In this document: piece by piece, positions 1 to 9,456 of the stretch
Numbering within the stretch: the first letter of the stretch is position 1
Layout of the letters: each line of letters begins with the position of its first letter
Origin: a virus
Lineage: Duplodnaviria; Caudoviricetes
Strand: one strand, 5' to 3'
Virus record (IMG/VR): IMGVR_UViG_3300014208_000023
Span: 224,001 to 288,000 of that record
DNA length: 64,000 bases
Position numbers and translations under genes: made by a program
Notes under the pieces: model-generated
Told to the model about the DNA's origin: nothing
Database searches by the model: none
Seen by the model: only the letters and a program-made list of their open reading frames with translations

Positions 1-2
1 CC

Positions 3-389
3 TTTTTGTTTTATGACGCTTCTTACGAGCGCGGCGTCCTTAACATTTAGGAAGATATCATTTAGGCTACCAAGACCGTCAAGAACCGTCATGGCACGAA
101 TTTGAAAAGCATTTATATAGATTTTGTTTCCAGTAAGAACTTCACCATTTTTAACGTATAGGCACTGAAGTATTATAAAGCGATCTAAAACATCTATTAA
201 TTTTCCAAATATGGAACTATTTTGTGGAACTGATATTTCATCGTAGTTCATAGTTTCACACTGATCTCCAATATAAAGCTCTAGATATTTTCCTTTAAGC
301 GCAAGAAGCTCATCAGAGAAAAGTTTTAATTCTGCTTTTTTATCTTCACCATACATTTCGAATGGGTTTGATGAGTTGCTAACTGGCAT
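3..389 (-). CDS. Hypothetical protein, partial (runs off left edge); possible Sm/LSm-like fold
   Basis: Hand-translated open frame from ATG at 389: MPVSNSSNPFEMYGEDKKAELKLF...IFGKLIDVLDRFIILQC...KIYINAFQIRAM; start overlaps the end of 379..1503; not in ORF track. Confidence 0.6.
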   Translation of the reverse strand, partial: MPVSNSSNPFEMYGEDKKAELKLFSDELLALKGKYLELYIGDQCETMNYDEISVPQNSSIFGKLIDVLDRFIILQCLYVKNGEVLTGNKIYINAFQIRAMTVLDGLGSLNDIFLNVKDAALVRSVIKQK

Positions 390-1503
390 TATATCCTTGG
401 GCTATTTTAAGTTTGAATTTACGACGATTTATTTCAGATATCTTAATGTCCATTTCTGGGTATCTAGAAGCTCTTTCTGGCAAAATAACTGTGCTGGTTT
501 TACAGCCACCAATTTTCTTGGTGGCAAATTCGAATACTCCAGAAACAGCCTCGCATACTTCTGCTAAAACTGAAAGCCCATCTTCTTTTTTTAATGGAAT
601 AGAGCAATTTAATTCAACGGCATCATTATGGTAATGAATATTGGAATTAATTTTTAATTCCTCAAGCAACACAGATTGTAAAATTCTAGCATATTCCGCT
701 TTGGTTATAGAGTCTTCTGCATTAACTATGATTAGAAACTTATTTGACGAACCTTCTGTTGATGCGAAAGATGATAAGAATTCATTAATTCTATTAAGAA
801 AAGACTCAAGAATGCTTTGTTGTGGCTTAACTGATCTATTAGCAACTTGTTGCTCTTGTTTGTATGATTTTCCTGTCACAACTGAAAGATGACCATTTAA
901 AGCCGAAGCATAATCTCTAATGTTATTTCTCTCTGCCTCTTCTGCGCTTTTAGCTTCTTTAAATGGTGGCATTTTTAAATTTCTTGGATTTCCTGGTGGA
1001 ACCCAAAACCCTTCATAGTAATGATGATTCCTCATTGATTTAGATACGGCTTCAGATGATCCGGAGGCAGCGGCTTTTAAAGTGTCAGGCTTACCCCAAG
1101 ACATAAGAAATGCCATGGCTGCCTCTACGTCATTTGGAAAAAGATAAAAATATACATTTCTTCCGGCATCCTTGCCTTTTTCTTTTGTTGGATGAAGTCC
1201 TGCAGCTTTAAAATTACGCATAGTTTTTTCATCTCCAGGCGTACCACTTTGTAATGCTCCCCAATTATATTTATTTTGCCCAGCCCATACGGCAAATTGT
1301 CCAGGGTGCGCCCAATTTGCAGACCCCGCTCTTCCATATCCAGATTCAAAGAAAGCCGTAGCCAATCCAAAATCTAATTCTCCATCAGACGGATCTTTAT
1401 GAAAAAGCCGTTTATAAGCTTCTTTTAAGGCCTCTCTAGCGTTTCCATGGCTTAATGGTTTTACTATTGGCTTTTCAGCTATTTTTAATTTATTGAGAGA
1501 CAT
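379..1503 (-). CDS. Putative virion-associated peptidoglycan hydrolase (GH73/FlgJ glucosaminidase-like N-terminal domain) plus unknown C-terminal domain
   Basis: LATAFFESGYG...NKYNWGALQ...YFYLFPNDVEAA...MRNHHYYE resembles the GH73 pattern AQAxLESGWG...NNxFGIK...F..Y.S...GYAT. Confidence 0.5.
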   Translation of the reverse strand: MSLNKLKIAEKPIVKPLSHGNAREALKEAYKRLFHKDPSDGELDFGLATAFFESGYGRAGSANWAHPGQFAVWAGQNKYNWGALQSGTPGDEKTMRNFKAAGLHPTKEKGKDAGRNVYFYLFPNDVEAAMAFLMSWGKPDTLKAAASGSSEAVSKSMRNHHYYEGFWVPPGNPRNLKMPPFKEAKSAEEAERNNIRDYASALNGHLSVVTGKSYKQEQQVANRSVKPQQSILESFLNRINEFLSSFASTEGSSNKFLIIVNAEDSITKAEYARILQSVLLEELKINSNIHYHNDAVELNCSIPLKKEDGLSVLAEVCEAVSGVFEFATKKIGGCKTSTVILPERASRYPEMDIKISEINRRKFKLKIAQGYNAS

Positions 1504-3592
1504 CTTGTATTTTTACGTTAGTTATTTTATTAATTGTAACGTGACCCTCATATTTGGCCAATCTACATGTGGCCGTGAAAGTTAATACTTGTCCCATAAA
1601 TGCTGGATGAGGATCTATCTGTTCTAATTTAATAAATGAGAATATTTGCAATAAACAATCTTTATTTTCATTACACATCGCATTAGACTCTAGCTGTCCT
1701 TGAGTCATCGCTCTCTTAAATGCATCAATAAATTTTAACTGAACACCAGGATCTTCATCGTCATATGGTAGATTATGGGAATCTAATTGCTTAACTACCG
1801 CTAAAAATAATGAATTAGCAGTATTTGGACTAACCCTTATGCTTTCCGGCCTAATGCGGGCCAGAAATGGTATTTCAAACCAACGCTTTTTAACAGATCC
1901 TATTGGGATTCCATGCTCAACTGGCTTGAACTTATTTTGGTGTAATTGCTGCAATAGGTCTCCTGGCTTACCTGGCTCTCCAGGCTTTCCAGGCTTTCCA
2001 AGATCCACCACTACTGGCGCGGACCCGGCCGGAAGAGTTGATGGACCTTCAGTAATTTTACGAGTTTCGGGACCAACATTAATGCTTCTTTGCGTTTGTG
2101 GTCCGGCCTCTAGATTTTCAGTTGGAGGATCTGACGGCGGGTATGGTTCAGACACCACGACCGGCTCTGGCTCTGCTTTTGGTTTTTTTGGATCTTTAAC
2201 CGTCTTCTTTTTTGCCGCAGCGTCCTTTTCTATTAATCCTTCTGCTACCGCCAATAATTTAAGACTTTCTTCTTCTGAATATTTCTCTACCTCTTCAGAA
2301 TAAGAAAGGATTTCTTTAATTATTTCGTGATCAGTAGAAAGCTTTTCTATTCTTTCTATGAATTGTTGGTGCGCTTTAGTTGGGGTTGTTGGCGGCTTAC
2401 GTTTGGTAAGCTCATACTCAACTAAATCATCAGTGTCTTCTTTTGGTCCTGCTGGCGCACTAAATGAAAATGGAGCATCTTCATTATCATTGGCCGGTTG
2501 TGTATTAGTAAAAAATGGATATCTGCCGGTAGTTCTTTCTTGATGAACATTTTGACTTGAGCTAGACGGAGCAGCAGGAGCCTGAATTAAACTAGGAACG
2601 CTATCTCCTTGCGGCTTGCTTGGAGGACCTTCAAAAGCTGGGCTAGCAGGCTGCAAATTTAGGCTAGGAGCTGCAGCGCCGGTTCCTGATGCCGGCGCTC
2701 CACCGCCGGCGGGACCTGGCTGTCCTGGAAAAGGATCTGGCATTTCAAGAAATTTTCTATCAGATGGTTTTGCTGATTTACCAGCCTCCCTTTCCTTATC
2801 TTTTCTTTCTTGCAATTCTTTCATTGGAACAATATTATTTTTATGATATTTTATATATTCATCATGATATGGGCTGAAAATTTCATTAAACCCAATCGTA
2901 TCTTGTATATACTCGCCAACATCTCTCCGCGCCCAAGCAGATCCCATTCTATGAAAACGATCCAATACGTCATCATAGATTGATTCGCTCGACTCAATCA
3001 TTTTTTCAGTGTCTGCTTTAAGTTGCCTGAAAAATGGTACAGAGAAACTTTTCTCCATAGTACGCATTTCCCTGCCACGCTCAGAAACAAATCCTTTATA
3101 TAGATCTTTGAATCTGCCGGGAATCCTCCACCAATCTTTGGCTTGGGCTTGATATAAGCTTTTTCCTAGCCCCGCTGCAGTAGAGACTAAGCCATCATCA
3201 GCTTTGTTTCCTATGTTTGCTTCCGGATCATATTCTAATAAAAATTTCTTATCTTTATGATCGAATTTTTTTAATAAAAACTCTCTTTGTTTTTCTTCTG
3301 GTATGCTTGCTTTAAATTGCTTAAGCTGATGATCAATTAATCTAGCTTTTTCATGAAATTTACCAAGATAAGTCCCGGCAGTCATGTAATCTTTGCGCTT
3401 ATAAAACGACTTCGCCATGCCCAGGAAATAGTTAAGATCTTCTGCTTCTTTTCTAACTTTTTTATCTACGACATCAAGGTCTTTTATGACCTTTCTAAAA
3501 GGAGATTTATTTACTAAAGAATTAGTAACGTCATTTACAAGTCTGCGTGCCTTATGACGGCGTTTAAGCTGTTGGGCTGTTTTGTTCTGCAT
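1490..3592 (-). CDS. Hypothetical protein, 700 aa, with Pro/Ala/Gly-rich low-complexity centre; probable virion/head protein
   Basis: Long ORF next to portal; GAGG SD upstream; begins MQNKTAQ. Confidence 0.75.
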   Translation of the reverse strand: MQNKTAQQLKRRHKARRLVNDVTNSLVNKSPFRKVIKDLDVVDKKVRKEAEDLNYFLGMAKSFYKRKDYMTAGTYLGKFHEKARLIDHQLKQFKASIPEEKQREFLLKKFDHKDKKFLLEYDPEANIGNKADDGLVSTAAGLGKSLYQAQAKDWWRIPGRFKDLYKGFVSERGREMRTMEKSFSVPFFRQLKADTEKMIESSESIYDDVLDRFHRMGSAWARRDVGEYIQDTIGFNEIFSPYHDEYIKYHKNNIVPMKELQERKDKEREAGKSAKPSDRKFLEMPDPFPGQPGPAGGGAPASGTGAAAPSLNLQPASPAFEGPPSKPQGDSVPSLIQAPAAPSSSSQNVHQERTTGRYPFFTNTQPANDNEDAPFSFSAPAGPKEDTDDLVEYELTKRKPPTTPTKAHQQFIERIEKLSTDHEIIKEILSYSEEVEKYSEEESLKLLAVAEGLIEKDAAAKKKTVKDPKKPKAEPEPVVVSEPYPPSDPPTENLEAGPQTQRSINVGPETRKITEGPSTLPAGSAPVVVDLGKPGKPGEPGKPGDLLQQLHQNKFKPVEHGIPIGSVKKRWFEIPFLARIRPESIRVSPNTANSLFLAVVKQLDSHNLPYDDEDPGVQLKFIDAFKRAMTQGQLESNAMCNENKDCLLQIFSFIKLEQIDPHPAFMGQVLTFTATCRLAKYEGHVTINKITNVKIQDVSQ

Positions 3593-3625
3593 TAAAAGTC
3601 CTCAATGGAAATACGAGAATATTCA

Positions 3626-5500
3626 TTATGGAGCTGGAGGTGGAGCCGCTGGCGGAGTCCCGGCCGGAGGTGGCGCTCCGCCTTCTGGCGTAGGCGCTCC
3701 TGGTGGTGGTCCGCCGGAAGGAGGCGCCCCAAGGCTTCCAAGATCTGGAATCGCTCCCAAAGGCCCACCGCCTCCTCCTGGCGCTCCCATTCCTCCACCC
3801 ATGCCGCCATCTGCTGGCGCTCCACCTGGACCACCGGCCCCAGCTTCGTATGGGCTATCTGCAGCTACGGCAGAGTCAGTTATCTCTGGAATATCATCAT
3901 CTTCACCAAGGGCACGAAGTTCATTAAGTGACATTTTGGCAAGATTTTCTTTTTCTTTCTTGCGTATAGCCTCGTTAATATCTTCTTTTCGTATTTTGCG
4001 AATCTCTTCTTCGCCCTCTAGCCCCAATGAATCATATAGAGTTTCTCTGGAAACACGCTTATCTTCTCCAGTTGATAACTGCAGAAGAATATTGATGTAG
4101 TCCATCGTATCGAACATCGTAAGACGGTTCCACTCAACTTCTGGAACAATTAGCTTCTTTTCACCGTCTTTGTATTCGTAGAAATCATTTAGCCTTGAGA
4201 TTGGTGCAAAGATCTTATTCTTTAACCAAGCAGACATCATATTACGGAATTGCATGTAGCGCTGACGAAGAACGTCTAGAGAAATGCCTCCGTTAGCATA
4301 ACTGATATCTCCTCCGCCAGTCATTACTACTTCTGGAATCATAAGTCCCATAAAAATTTCTTTTAATAGCTGAGTGATATCGCCAGAAGTATCTATGATT
4401 GCAGAGTTAGCTCCGATGCGCTCTACCGTAACCGCTTCGTGAGTGAAGATTTTGAAATTCTTATCGGCAAGAGATTGGGCCCAGGCGTTTCTCCAAACAT
4501 CAAGGTCTTCTGGAGTTGGCTTGTAATCAGCGCTTCCAACTTTCACTAAAGTAATTGGATTGATTAAGTCTTGGGCCTGTGTGAATTTGCATTCACGAAT
4601 CTGATCGAAAAGCATAAGCTGACGGAAACAACTGACTGGCAGCCCGGTTCCGCGAGTTTCATATGCACTTAATTTTCTAGCTAAATGTGAGATATAGAAA
4701 TTATCTAGAGGTATATTCTCGCCGCGTTTGATGTGTTCTATAATAGTTGGATTTATTTGTTTGCGCTGCTGAATATCAGAAGGCTTATTGGAGAACACCA
4801 GCCGCCGTAACTCGTCGTCCGGCTTTAACATTATGATTGGATCTGAATGAATAGATGTTTTCTTTACTATGATATAGTCTGGGTTCTGAAGAACAATACG
4901 TCTCCATTTAGCATTATTTTCATCAAGATCGCATTGTGGGAAAGCTTCTCCCAATAGCCAATATTCCTGGGCTACTTCAGTGCAAACATTAGCTAACCCA
5001 ATTTCTTCATTCATTTGATTGAAAAAGTTTTCAATTTTTGGATGAGCACATTTTATATTAAGTTTGCTGATGGGATATGTGCTATGAAGATTTATAGCAT
5101 TTTGAACGAATGATTGAAGGGCTAGGAATGATCTGCTCCAAGCATTAATGGTTGCCCTATCTCGTGGAAGATTAAGATTGCTATTTAGCCAGAGCGGAGA
5201 ATATATATCTGGCATCTGTCTCAATGCACTTGATGCCCCTCTCCAGTCGCCAGAAGCAGCGGTAGATGATGTTACCTGAGCGTTTTTAACCTGACCAACT
5301 GCTGTAGATAAAAACGAATTAGATGTCGTAGAAGTTTGATTGCTAGAACCATCACGCCATAGTCCGCGCTCATATTCCTTCGTTAAGGTTCCTTTTCTGT
5401 AATCAGAAACTTGATGATAAACCCTAGAGTTCATTTTAGAAGGCTGCTCTTTTGGAGGAGTCGGAACATTTATAACTGGTGGATTTTTACGATTACTCAT
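3626..5500 (-). CDS. Phage portal protein with Gly/Pro-rich C-terminal tail
   Basis: Directly downstream of terminase; portal-like core (EYWLLGEAF, IVLQNPDYI, AYETRGTGLPVSCFRQL, EIFMGLMIP); size typical. Confidence 0.8.
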   Translation of the reverse strand: MSNRKNPPVINVPTPPKEQPSKMNSRVYHQVSDYRKGTLTKEYERGLWRDGSSNQTSTTSNSFLSTAVGQVKNAQVTSSTAASGDWRGASSALRQMPDIYSPLWLNSNLNLPRDRATINAWSRSFLALQSFVQNAINLHSTYPISKLNIKCAHPKIENFFNQMNEEIGLANVCTEVAQEYWLLGEAFPQCDLDENNAKWRRIVLQNPDYIIVKKTSIHSDPIIMLKPDDELRRLVFSNKPSDIQQRKQINPTIIEHIKRGENIPLDNFYISHLARKLSAYETRGTGLPVSCFRQLMLFDQIRECKFTQAQDLINPITLVKVGSADYKPTPEDLDVWRNAWAQSLADKNFKIFTHEAVTVERIGANSAIIDTSGDITQLLKEIFMGLMIPEVVMTGGGDISYANGGISLDVLRQRYMQFRNMMSAWLKNKIFAPISRLNDFYEYKDGEKKLIVPEVEWNRLTMFDTMDYINILLQLSTGEDKRVSRETLYDSLGLEGEEEIRKIRKEDINEAIRKKEKENLAKMSLNELRALGEDDDIPEITDSAVAADSPYEAGAGGPGGAPADGGMGGGMGAPGGGGGPLGAIPDLGSLGAPPSGGPPPGAPTPEGGAPPPAGTPPAAPPPAP

Positions 5501-5523
5501 CTATATCTTATATATCAAAGGGT

Positions 5524-7365
5524 TTATAGTCCTGGCAAATATCCAACAACTACTGGTGGGCGACGTTTTGGAGAATTATTCATCATTGAGGGATGTTTAA
5601 TACTGAATCCATTACTAACATAGAACTTATAAGCTAAATAAGCATTTAGTAATGCCATAAATCCATCGTTAGGTCCTGACTTAACATATTTGGGAGTAAC
5701 TTCTCCTGAACGACTTATACTGGGCTTAATTTCCATATTAGTGCAATGTTGTATTAACCAAGCAATTTTTTCATAATCTCCCAATGGAAATCTGATATTA
5801 CCTTTGCGCATCTGCTCATACATTTCTGCTATCCAAAAGTCTTTCTCAAAAGTAATTACTTTTGGAAAAATAGAATCATTGAACTTAATATGATCATTAA
5901 CTCTATGAGATGATGTTGAAGATAGAAATTTATCTCCCCATTCTGTTTGTAATACTTCAGATAAGTCTCCAGTAAATCCAAGGTCTATTACTCCAAGATT
6001 AACTGAATACTTCCGCATGAAGTAATTTATCGTTTCTTTTTTGGAGGCAAAATCGTTTCTTTTGAATTTTTCAGCTCGCTCTATAGTAATTCTTTGCGAC
6101 CCATTAATAGTTATTATTACTGCTGTGCTATAACTCTGTCCTTGTTCCGCTATTTTTGGACGATCGATTAGTTGCTCGATATCGTTCTTTGCGCCAATAT
6201 CTATTCCTAGGAAAACCATTTCTCCGTCATCGGGAGTTATGGTTGCCCGGAACTTCCGTTCTGGATCTCCGCAAATATCCCTGATTTCATCTGGGGAAAT
6301 TATTCCAGTTTCACCAGACCAAAAATTACCTAAAACTTCATTCTGATAAGTTCTTTCGGTATTGGTTGCGCTATGGCCCGGTTTTTCGTCCATAATCCGC
6401 TCTTTGGTATATTCTGGATTGTAAAGCTGGTTTAGATGGAAACCGATATATTTACATTCACCAAGGTCTTTAGACGCAATCCATTTTCCGCGTTCGACGG
6501 CCTCACTCTTATCTTGCTCAAATCCACAATGTTTACAGCGAACCGTAAATCCATAAAGCCAAATCTCTTCCCACTCATTTGAGTTTTGAGTAAATAATGG
6601 AAAATGTTTTTTGCACTTCTCACACCCAAGGTGATAGAATTGCTGTGATGATTCGCTCCACATATCAGAGAACATGGACCCTCTTTGTAGAGGGGTTCCG
6701 AAATATACTTGAACGCCTTTACCAACTGAACCATAATTTGCTTTGGTTAGAGTTTTAGTTGAGTTACCCAGTCCCAAGGCGGGCATCTTCTGAACCTCAT
6801 CAGCAAATAGAATATCAGTTGATTTACCCATCATTCTATTTCCATCAAGACCAATGCTTTCAATAAACATATGGTTACCGCCTTGAAATTGTTTAAAATT
6901 CAAGCTGTCGTTGCTATCAGAAGACCTATCAAGCATATTTTGCATAAATGATTTTGCTTTTTGCCCCTTGATTGGCTTATCGCTAATTACAATTGAATTA
7001 TTAATCATTGAATTGAGTTTTACCTTGGAATAGGCATTTGCTAGCTCTAATTGTGGAAAGCAGTGAATAATTCTTATTGGAGGGTTATGGCCATTACCGA
7101 ATACTCCGCTTCCCATAAAATACATTTCAAGGGCCGCACATAGAATGGTTAGTCCTATCTGCCGTCCCTTACAAATAACTATTGGAAGGCCGCCCTTTTC
7201 GAGCGCCTTCATTCCAATTGTTCTTGCGATATCGGCTAACGGTTTATACCCGTTGCCATTAATGCGATATGGCTTACCCTCTAATGTAAGGTGTTTTTGG
7301 CACCACTCAACGGGGTCCATGGCAAGTAGACCATCTTTAATTCTGTCAAATATTATATCCGTCAT
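5524..7365 (-). CDS. terL: Terminase large subunit, lambda GpA-like
   Basis: KGRQIGLT (Walker A-like), ILFADEVQ (Walker B), FGTP, CxxC...CxxC zinc module with ERGKWIA and GFHLNQLY, C-terminal nuclease FLGIDIG; start moved to ATG 7365 (MTDIIF) because the longer start overlaps the divergent gene. Confidence 0.9.
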   Translation of the reverse strand: MTDIIFDRIKDGLLAMDPVEWCQKHLTLEGKPYRINGNGYKPLADIARTIGMKALEKGGLPIVICKGRQIGLTILCAALEMYFMGSGVFGNGHNPPIRIIHCFPQLELANAYSKVKLNSMINNSIVISDKPIKGQKAKSFMQNMLDRSSDSNDSLNFKQFQGGNHMFIESIGLDGNRMMGKSTDILFADEVQKMPALGLGNSTKTLTKANYGSVGKGVQVYFGTPLQRGSMFSDMWSESSQQFYHLGCEKCKKHFPLFTQNSNEWEEIWLYGFTVRCKHCGFEQDKSEAVERGKWIASKDLGECKYIGFHLNQLYNPEYTKERIMDEKPGHSATNTERTYQNEVLGNFWSGETGIISPDEIRDICGDPERKFRATITPDDGEMVFLGIDIGAKNDIEQLIDRPKIAEQGQSYSTAVIITINGSQRITIERAEKFKRNDFASKKETINYFMRKYSVNLGVIDLGFTGDLSEVLQTEWGDKFLSSTSSHRVNDHIKFNDSIFPKVITFEKDFWIAEMYEQMRKGNIRFPLGDYEKIAWLIQHCTNMEIKPSISRSGEVTPKYVKSGPNDGFMALLNAYLAYKFYVSNGFSIKHPSMMNNSPKRRPPVVVGYLPGL

Positions 7366-7411
7366 ACACGTTAATACCAAAAAAAACCTATAATTATGAT
7401 ATAGAGCATAT

Positions 7412-8059
7412 ATGTCAGTGTGCCGTAAGTGCAATATATTGCTAACAAATAATAATTGGACGCCGGGTAGACGGATAGGTAAGAATTATATTTGCCAATC
7501 TTGCGCAGTTATAGTTCGTAAAATATCTTATGATGGACGCAAAGAAATTGAGCAGTCCGTCCAAAAGGCCAGGGCAAAATTTGAAAAACAAGAAACCATA
7601 AAATTCTATGGCTCTTCCTGCGCTAGTTGTGGATTAAACGAAATTAAAAAGCTAACTATCGACCATATTGATAACACTGGCGGGAAACATCGCAAAACAG
7701 GTATTGGTGACATATATGGATGGCTTTATCGTAATAAGTTTCCAACTGATAATTTTCAACTGCTATGTTATAATTGTAATTGCACCAAAACCATAGCTTT
7801 TAATGATAAACACCATCTTCGCAACAAAGAAAAAGTGATGGCCGCTTATGGCGGCCAATGTAATGATTGTGGCGTATCAGAATTAAAATATCTCACGATA
7901 GACCATTCCAACAACGATGGCGCAGAACAACGTCGGAGCCTATCTTGCGGCAAAGGCTCCATATTTTACAGATGGCTTATAGCAAACAATTTTCCGAAAA
8001 ACTTGGGGCTACAAGTATTATGCTATAACTGTAATTGTAGTAAGCTCACTTCTGATTAG
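7412..8059 (+). CDS. HNH endonuclease with two tandem HNH domains and N-terminal Cys4 finger
   Basis: Two copies of YG..C..CG......LTIDH..N.G...R......Y.WL....FP.....LCYNCNC.K. Confidence 0.8.
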   Translation: MSVCRKCNILLTNNNWTPGRRIGKNYICQSCAVIVRKISYDGRKEIEQSVQKARAKFEKQETIKFYGSSCASCGLNEIKKLTIDHIDNTGGKHRKTGIGDIYGWLYRNKFPTDNFQLLCYNCNCTKTIAFNDKHHLRNKEKVMAAYGGQCNDCGVSELKYLTIDHSNNDGAEQRRSLSCGKGSIFYRWLIANNFPKNLGLQVLCYNCNCSKLTSD

Positions 8060-8619
8060 AAGGCAGTCGGAGACATTACATTCAATGGGTTATTATCTTT
8101 AACCGTATTGTTGTCTATGTCAAGGTCTACTTTTCCATCGGCCTTATCATCCTCTTCGGGATGCATTTGGCTTTTAAGTTTGTTAATATATTCCTCGACA
8201 TCTGATGGAATATTTTCTCCATTAGGTATCGCGTTTTTATATTTTGGTTCTTGAAGAATAAGATCTCCAATTGCACTAACCGCAGATCCTGGAAACACAT
8301 CTAATTTATCCTTAATGAAATCTTTCATATCAGGAAATTTTTTAAACATTTCAGGCTCGTCGGATGCTTGCTTTTGAAGAATTTCAAATAAGCCAGTTCG
8401 TTTTTGCATATCAAGAACGGCCTCTTCTACGCTGGAATATTTTGACTTAGCATTACCAAGTATTTGATTGATCTCATCAAATATCGTAGCATCTTCTTTG
8501 CGAGATTTTACCGAATATTTTTCTACGGCATCAAAATAATCTTTTGCCCAAGAAGGATCTTCGTTTGAATATGTAGAGAAGCTTTTGTCTCTAGAAATTT
8601 TGCCACCAAATCTGCTCAT
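8056..8619 (-). CDS. Hypothetical protein (head module)
   Basis: 187-aa ORF tightly packed in operon; contains LQKQAS. Confidence 0.75.
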   Translation of the reverse strand: MSRFGGKISRDKSFSTYSNEDPSWAKDYFDAVEKYSVKSRKEDATIFDEINQILGNAKSKYSSVEEAVLDMQKRTGLFEILQKQASDEPEMFKKFPDMKDFIKDKLDVFPGSAVSAIGDLILQEPKYKNAIPNGENIPSDVEEYINKLKSQMHPEEDDKADGKVDLDIDNNTVKDNNPLNVMSPTAF

Positions 8620-8623
8620 TTTA

Positions 8624-9439
8624 TTATGCCCTATAGTTGGAGGCTAGATCGCCACGGCCATTGTCAATTTCAACGTCTTCATCTGGAAGCATAAGTCGAT
8701 CGTCGCGAAGTGGGAATCCCATATCTTCTAGGTGCTGAATAAGCTCGGCCTGCTCTCTGGTATTTAGGCTATATTTTTTAACCTGCTCACGATAAAGAGA
8801 TGGTAAATCGTGCCCAGCAGAAACGGTTCCATTTATACACACACGCGCGCATCTAGAAATAATTAGTGGAACTGTTACGATAATTCCGCCAGTATATGGG
8901 GTTCGCGCTTCCTTAACCATTTTTCCATCAGATTCTCCAGCAGCAGCTTTGTTGCTGTAGTCAGTTTCATGACGTTGCTCAAAAATGCTTTTTAAGGTCT
9001 TGATTGATTCAAAAATCCACTTACGAACAGTTTCTATGGCCTTAACATCTATGTCACCATCATAATCCGTAGAAATTGCTCTTGATATTTCTTTGTTGAA
9101 ACGCTCTAGATAACTAATTCCTCTTTCTATTGCTGTGGTCTCATTACCACTCATGTCTGGTATTGAATTAAGTCTATCCTGACACCATTCCATAAATTTT
9201 TCTAGACCCATTGATTGCCAGTCCCAACGATCTTTCGGTCCCTTTTCTTTGGTAGCTTTTGGGGAGTGTGATTCCTCAGAAACCTCAATAACTCCGGCAG
9301 TTGGAAGAGTTGGGAAATGAAACGCATGATTATCGTTGCTAGGCTGATGCAGCTCTACAACGTCATCCATTTTAGGCATTTCGTCAAATATGATAACTTC
9401 ATTTTCTGGGTTTTCTAGGGCGCTCTTAAAAAGTGGCAT
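8624..9439 (-). CDS. Hypothetical protein (head module)
   Basis: 271-aa ORF; GGAG SD upstream; LFKSA and MVKEA motifs. Confidence 0.75.
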   Translation of the reverse strand: MPLFKSALENPENEVIIFDEMPKMDDVVELHQPSNDNHAFHFPTLPTAGVIEVSEESHSPKATKEKGPKDRWDWQSMGLEKFMEWCQDRLNSIPDMSGNETTAIERGISYLERFNKEISRAISTDYDGDIDVKAIETVRKWIFESIKTLKSIFEQRHETDYSNKAAAGESDGKMVKEARTPYTGGIIVTVPLIISRCARVCINGTVSAGHDLPSLYREQVKKYSLNTREQAELIQHLEDMGFPLRDDRLMLPDEDVEIDNGRGDLASNYRA

Positions 9440-9456
9440 GGATCTCCATCATTATA

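Noticed and set aside
3582-4100. Plus-strand Gly/Pro-rich ORFs (3582..4100, 3605..3931, 3703..3927) and similar shadow ORFs opposite long genes
   Set aside because: They are antisense by-products of the GC-rich portal tail or of stop-poor reverse frames, with no SD, motifs or operon logic.
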